From the IMG/VR virus record IMGVR_UViG_3300048905_000128: a stretch of DNA of 64,000 nt; one strand, given 5' to 3'. The notes beneath the pieces are model-generated. The model ran no database searches. It was not told where the DNA came from and saw nothing but the letters and a program-made list of their open reading frames with translations. The first letter of the stretch is position 1; the number at the start of each line of letters is the position of its first letter. The stretch comes from a virus. Made by a program: the position numbers and the translations under genes. Shown piece by piece: positions 60,075 through 64,000 of this stretch.

Positions 60075-61448
60075 TCAGAGCGAGACGGCCACGCCGGTCA
60101 GCGCGCCGATGTACTTCGGCGCCCGGACCGCCAGGCAGGTGTCGCTGACCAGCGCGTAGGGCAGCGAGTCGGGCGACGAGGTGGTCGGGTAGATGTCGAC
60201 CGGGACGGCCTCCCGCACGTACGGGCGGCAGATGAAGTTCTCGTCGCGGGCCATCAGGTAGATCGGCTCACGCCCGGCGCTGGGCGCCTTCTTCGCCGTG
60301 TTCCCGCCGACGTACGCGGGCGGGACCTGGGCGGGCTGCGACGACCCGTTCTTCGGCGTCAGCTTGGTGCCGTCGTCGACGATCGAGGTGGTCGGGACGG
60401 GGGTGATGCCGTCCGCCGCGAGGCCGACGGTGGCGTCGACGACGCCGATCAGGGTCTCGGCGCCGGTGGCGGTGCCGCGGTAGACCTTGTAGAGGGTCGG
60501 CTGCAGCCCGTCGAGGCCGGTCGGGGTCGGGAAGGACAGGGTGACCGTCGAGGTGCCGCCGGTGGTGGTCTGCGACACCTCGGCGGACGCGGCGATCTCG
60601 CCCTGGCGGGCGATCACGGCGCTGACCTGGTAGTAGTACGTGTTCGCCGCGAGGGTGCCACCGGTGGTGGCGGGCGTGGTGGTCACCGTGCCGACCTGGA
60701 AGGACCGGGTCGACAGCATCGACGACTTGACCAGCGGGATGCCGCGGTAGGTGGGCACGAGCAGCCCGGCCGCGACCTCGACCTGGTCGACGAACCGCTG
60801 CTGGTTGGTGAGCAGCTGGGCGATCTTGGACACCGCCGAGTTCGACATCACGAACTGCCAGGACGAGTCGAACACCGACATGGCGGCGTTGGACTCGACC
60901 ATGTCTGCGAGCTCGTCGAGCAGAGCCAGCGACAGGGCACCCGAGTTGGCGGCGCCGGTGGCATCGATGCAGTTCTTGCCGTCACCCGAGTACTGCGACA
61001 CCTGCGAGTCCAGCCCGTCGAACTGCGGGTAGGCGCCGAACTGGGTTGCGCCCGCCGAACCCCACAGCAGGGCGTGCTCGGTGTCCCAGTAGAGGCCCTG
61101 GATGGAGCCCTCGATCTCGCGCGCCCGGAGGTCGCCGATGACCTGGCGGGTGACCTCCTCGGCGTAGCCGGTGATCGCGCCCACGATCTGCAGGTGCTTC
61201 ATCTGGAAGCTGTTCTGCACGTACGTGGAGTTCGACACGACCCGCGCGCCGCCGTCGATCACGAACCCGCCGTTGGGGTTCACGGTGCGCTGGTTGAAGT
61301 AGTAGGTGTCCGAGTCCCACTTGAGGGACGGGATCGAGCGGACCAGCGGGGAGTAGCGCCGCTGGTACTCGAGCAGCATCGGGCTGATGATCTTCGGGAT
61401 GAGGGCGGACGCACCGGCGGCGGTCAGGGCCTCGCGAAGCTCGGTCAC
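60075..61448 (-). CDS. major capsid protein (457 aa)
   Basis: AAGAGGAG SD before GTG 61448 (VTELREALTAAGASALIPK...). Size, position after the protease/scaffold gene and composition are typical of HK97-fold capsids. Confidence 0.85.
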   Translation of the reverse strand: MTELREALTAAGASALIPKIISPMLLEYQRRYSPLVRSIPSLKWDSDTYYFNQRTVNPNGGFVIDGGARVVSNSTYVQNSFQMKHLQIVGAITGYAEEVTRQVIGDLRAREIEGSIQGLYWDTEHALLWGSAGATQFGAYPQFDGLDSQVSQYSGDGKNCIDATGAANSGALSLALLDELADMVESNAAMSVFDSSWQFVMSNSAVSKIAQLLTNQQRFVDQVEVAAGLLVPTYRGIPLVKSSMLSTRSFQVGTVTTTPATTGGTLAANTYYYQVSAVIARQGEIAASAEVSQTTTGGTSTVTLSFPTPTGLDGLQPTLYKVYRGTATGAETLIGVVDATVGLAADGITPVPTTSIVDDGTKLTPKNGSSQPAQVPPAYVGGNTAKKAPSAGREPIYLMARDENFICRPYVREAVPVDIYPTTSSPDSLPYALVSDTCLAVRAPKYIGALTGVAVSL

Positions 61449-61584
61449 GGGGATGGGCTCCTCTTGGGCATGCGAAAGCCCCCGGCCAGGGTCGGCGCGG
61501 GGGCGGGGAGAGGGGGCGACCATCACTGCCTGAGAGGCACCAGCGCAGGGCTGGCGGTCCGGGGTGAAACGGTTGTGCGGGAAA

Positions 61585-61610
61585 GGCCCCGCCCGGTCAG
61601 GGGCGGGGCC
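61585..61610 (-). terminator. GC hairpin after the protease/scaffold gene
   Basis: GGCCCCGCCC, loop ggtcag, GGGCGGGGCC. Confidence 0.5.
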
Positions 61611-61616
61611 GGGGGG

Positions 61617-63341
61617 TCACTGCCCGGCGGCCTTGGCGCCGAGGACGGCACCGGCGGTCTGCGGGCGCACGTGCTGGCGCCACTCCTCCGGGGTGTACTC
61701 GTGCAGCGGCTTGAGCGGCCCGGTCCAGCCCTCCGGGTACCCGAAGTCGCCCGCGGCGGTGCTGGTGGCGGCCGCGCCGGTGCCCGGGGCGGTGAGCACA
61801 CCGGACGTGGACTCGACGAGGCCCTTCCGGGTCGGGCCGTTCGCCTCGACGTGCGCCTGCACGGCGCCCGGCAGCGCCGCCTTGACACCCTCGGCGACCA
61901 GCCGGGCGATGCGCTGCTCCTCGGTCTCCTGCACCGCGGCGGGCGCGGGGGCCGCCTCGGCGACCGGGGCCGCCGCAGCCGGGGCCGCCTCGACGGCCGC
62001 TGCGGGTGCCGCGACCTGGGCGCCGAGGCCACCGATAGCGCCGGCGAAGGACGCGAAGAGGTCCTTCACCTGCCCGAGGGACAGGCGGGGCTCGTCGACG
62101 GCCGGGGTGACGACGGCGGTCGGGGCCGGGGGCTCGATGTTCTCGACCGGCGCGGCCGCGGCGGGCGCCGGGGCCGCCTGGGCGGCGGGTGCGGCCGGGG
62201 TACCGGCCGCCGTGGGGGTCTGCTCCGACACGCGGGGCTCCTGTTCCTGTGCGGTCTGGCCGGTCGCCTGGTCGGCGGCCGGTGGAGAGGTCGTTTCCAT
62301 CGCGTCGTCGTCGGGGCGACGCGCGGTGGTCTCCTCGTCGCCGGTGTCGGCGTCGGGGATGTCGATGTCGCCGTCCTGGTCGGGGTCGACGGCGTTGAGC
62401 GCGGCGATCGCGCCGTCCATCGCCTTGCGGGCCGCCAACTCGAGGTCGGCCGGGTCGACCCCGTACGAGGACACGGAGATGTCGACGGTGCCGTTGTCCA
62501 GGCACACCCGGTAGCAGCCCGCCGTCTGCGGCCACAGCTCCATCTCGCGGACGGGCTCGGTGGTCATCACCCAGCCCTCGCGGGTGATCGTGGCGCCATG
62601 CTCGGCGAGGGCCTTCCGCACACGCTCGCGGACCCGCTTGCGCTGCCTGTCGGTGTAGCCGTGCTGCTCGCGCAGCGCCGCCCACGCCGCCCGGGCCTGC
62701 CCCATCGTGTCGAGCGGGAGGGCCTTCTCCCCGAGGTAGCCCGGATCCGCCCACCGCGACGGCGACGGGGCGGCCTCGACGAGCTGCACGGTGGCGTCCG
62801 TGGGGGCCGACTCGACGATGCGGCGGTCGTCGGCGGCGGTCTCCCGCGGGCTGGCGCCGACGCGGACGACACGGTCGATGTTCGCGCCGTCCACCCCCGG
62901 GGACTTGGTGAAGTCCAGCCCGTCGAGGGAGAGCCCGTCGGCGGTGGTGACGGTGCGGCCCTCGTGGGTGACCCGCCGGATCTCGCCCTTCCACGACCCC
63001 CGGATGCTCACGTTGCGCAGCACGGGGGGTGCGCCGCCCTCGGTTTCGATCAGCGGGAGGATCGAGCGGGCCGCCGGGTTGTCCACCAGGGCGAGCCGGT
63101 ACCGGGCGGCCCCGGACTCGTCGCAGGTGAGCTGGTCGAGACGGCCGGTGATCTTCTCGCTGTCGTCCTCGGCGTCGTGGTGGGTCATCGCGGTCATCGG
63201 GGTGATGTCCGGGCCGTCGGCGAGCCGGGTTTGTGCCTCGTCGACCGCGGCCCGGATCATGTCGGCGGTGTAGAGCCGCCCGTTCCGGGACACCCCGGGC
63301 TTCACGGCGGTGCCGTAGACGTACGCGAGCGTTCGAGCCAC
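61617..63341 (-). CDS. capsid maturation protease fused to Ala/Pro-rich scaffold-like C-terminus (574 aa)
   Basis: GGAGGAGGAG SD before GTG 63341. The N-terminal VSRNGRLYT motif is recalled from gp21/S77-type prohead proteases. The C-terminal half is low-complexity (AAPAPAAAAPV...). Confidence 0.7.
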   Translation of the reverse strand: MARTLAYVYGTAVKPGVSRNGRLYTADMIRAAVDEAQTRLADGPDITPMTAMTHHDAEDDSEKITGRLDQLTCDESGAARYRLALVDNPAARSILPLIETEGGAPPVLRNVSIRGSWKGEIRRVTHEGRTVTTADGLSLDGLDFTKSPGVDGANIDRVVRVGASPRETAADDRRIVESAPTDATVQLVEAAPSPSRWADPGYLGEKALPLDTMGQARAAWAALREQHGYTDRQRKRVRERVRKALAEHGATITREGWVMTTEPVREMELWPQTAGCYRVCLDNGTVDISVSSYGVDPADLELAARKAMDGAIAALNAVDPDQDGDIDIPDADTGDEETTARRPDDDAMETTSPPAADQATGQTAQEQEPRVSEQTPTAAGTPAAPAAQAAPAPAAAAPVENIEPPAPTAVVTPAVDEPRLSLGQVKDLFASFAGAIGGLGAQVAAPAAAVEAAPAAAAPVAEAAPAPAAVQETEEQRIARLVAEGVKAALPGAVQAHVEANGPTRKGLVESTSGVLTAPGTGAAATSTAAGDFGYPEGWTGPLKPLHEYTPEEWRQHVRPQTAGAVLGAKAAGQ

Positions 63342-63358
63342 GCGGCTCCTCCTCCTGG

Positions 63359-64000
63359 TCAGGACCCGCCGACGTAGCGGGCGATGCCCGGCGGGATGGC
63401 TTCGAGCGGGTTGGCAGGCATGAGCACGCACCGACACCACGGATGCCACCCCGGTGCGGGGGCCTGGTCGACCGGCCACGGGTTCTTCGACTCGTATTCC
63501 AGGCAGGTGGGGCACACGTTGCCGCCGCCCGCGGTGGAGTAGTCGACGGTGCGGATGCCCTCGCGGTCGTAGAGGGCGAGGGCGCCGCGCGAGTAGGCCT
63601 GATTCATGGCGAGGTCGACGAGCGTGGACACGGCGCGCGTGTCGGGGCCGTCGATCACGTCGGTGACCGCGCGCACGTAGTCGTCGTAGCCGCCGCCGTC
63701 CCGGACCTCGCGGGCGAGGGCGGCGCCGCCGTCGTTGGCGTTCCCGGCCACGACGCGGGACACCCAGCCCTGCGCCTCACCCCAGGACTCGCCGAGGCGT
63801 TCGAGCTGGTCCAGGGCGTCGTGGAACACGAGGTCGAAGTCGACGCCGGACTGTCCGGCGTGCTCGGCGATCAGCCCGACGGTCCCGGCCTGGCCCTCGG
63901 CCTGGGCCTCGACGATGGCGCGCTGCAGCGCGGTGACCATGTCCTGGTAGGTGCGCGCGGCCGGGTTCGCGATGACGTCGTGCACGAGCCGCTGCGCCTC
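63359..64000 (-). CDS. head morphogenesis protein, SPP1 gp7/MuF-like (partial, continues past right edge)
   Basis: NVCPTCLEYESKNPWPVDQAPAPGWHPWCRCVL is typical of the MuF C-terminus. Confidence 0.85.
   Translation of the reverse strand, partial: EAQRLVHDVIANPAARTYQDMVTALQRAIVEAQAEGQAGTVGLIAEHAGQSGVDFDLVFHDALDQLERLGESWGEAQGWVSRVVAGNANDGGAALAREVRDGGGYDDYVRAVTDVIDGPDTRAVSTLVDLAMNQAYSRGALALYDREGIRTVDYSTAGGGNVCPTCLEYESKNPWPVDQAPAPGWHPWCRCVLMPANPLEAIPPGIARYVGGS

Noticed and set aside
59160-63377. 1405-aa plus-strand ORF, the longest in the window.
   Set aside because: It is antisense to recognisable capsid, protease/scaffold and connector genes. The translation is Arg/Gly/Pro/Asp-rich low complexity, typical of the open antisense frame in very GC-rich DNA. 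It has no SD or motif support.
1-64000. Search by eye for tRNA cloverleafs, integrase (tyrosine or serine recombinase motifs), att-like repeats, terminase and portal.
   Set aside because: None were recognised. Their absence from the window is not proof of absence from the replicon, and portal and terminase are expected just beyond the right edge.

Overview
The window is very GC-rich (about 70% by eye) and densely coded. It reads as most of a temperate actinobacterial siphovirus-like element that also carries plasmid or AICE-type maintenance and transfer genes. No rRNA, tRNA, CRISPR array, integrase, portal or terminase was recognised; the last two probably lie beyond the right edge.

Modules:
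- (1) 1-7460, minus strand: about 18 small genes in short cassettes. Five cassettes carry the same promoter-like repeat, a CCCCTACCCC leader motif and a GC hairpin terminator.
- (2) 7776-8685, plus strand: two genes.
- (3) 8843-16561, minus strand: a tightly GTGA/ATGA-coupled operon of small genes, including an RHH protein, a DUF6221-like protein, a winged-HTH Rep-like protein with internal palindromic iterons, and other DNA binders.
- (4) 16823-25120, plus strand: recombination and replication genes (RecT, WhiB-like, PD-(D/E)xK nuclease, SNF2 helicase, HNH).
- (5) 25173-30116, minus strand: an FtsK/SpoIIIE (TraB-like) translocase with a DUF2637-like protein, a DUF457-like hydrolase and small membrane or zinc-finger proteins.
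- (6) 30343-35133, plus strand: a three-gene XRE/DUF5753-like cassette, an HTH protein, ParA plus a tandem-RHH partner with upstream phased repeats, and a membrane-anchored moron.
- (7) 35205-64000, minus strand: the late operon. Reading right to left it holds a MuF-like protein, a protease/scaffold, the major capsid, connectors, a NUMOD3-repeat protein, the major tail protein, G/GT chaperones with an A_AAC_CCT slippery site, an HK97 gp10-like protein, the tape measure, many minor tail proteins (GH16, CBM/LamG-like and SGNH domains), a holin region and an amidase endolysin.

Most notable observations:
- A 10-mer start-associated motif with 18 exact copies.
- An 8-copy operator/promoter cassette.
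- uORF-coupled starts.
- Iterons inside the rep-like gene.
- The combination of partition and TraB-like transfer genes with a complete virion module.

All family names are from motif recognition by eye and need HMM or BLAST confirmation.
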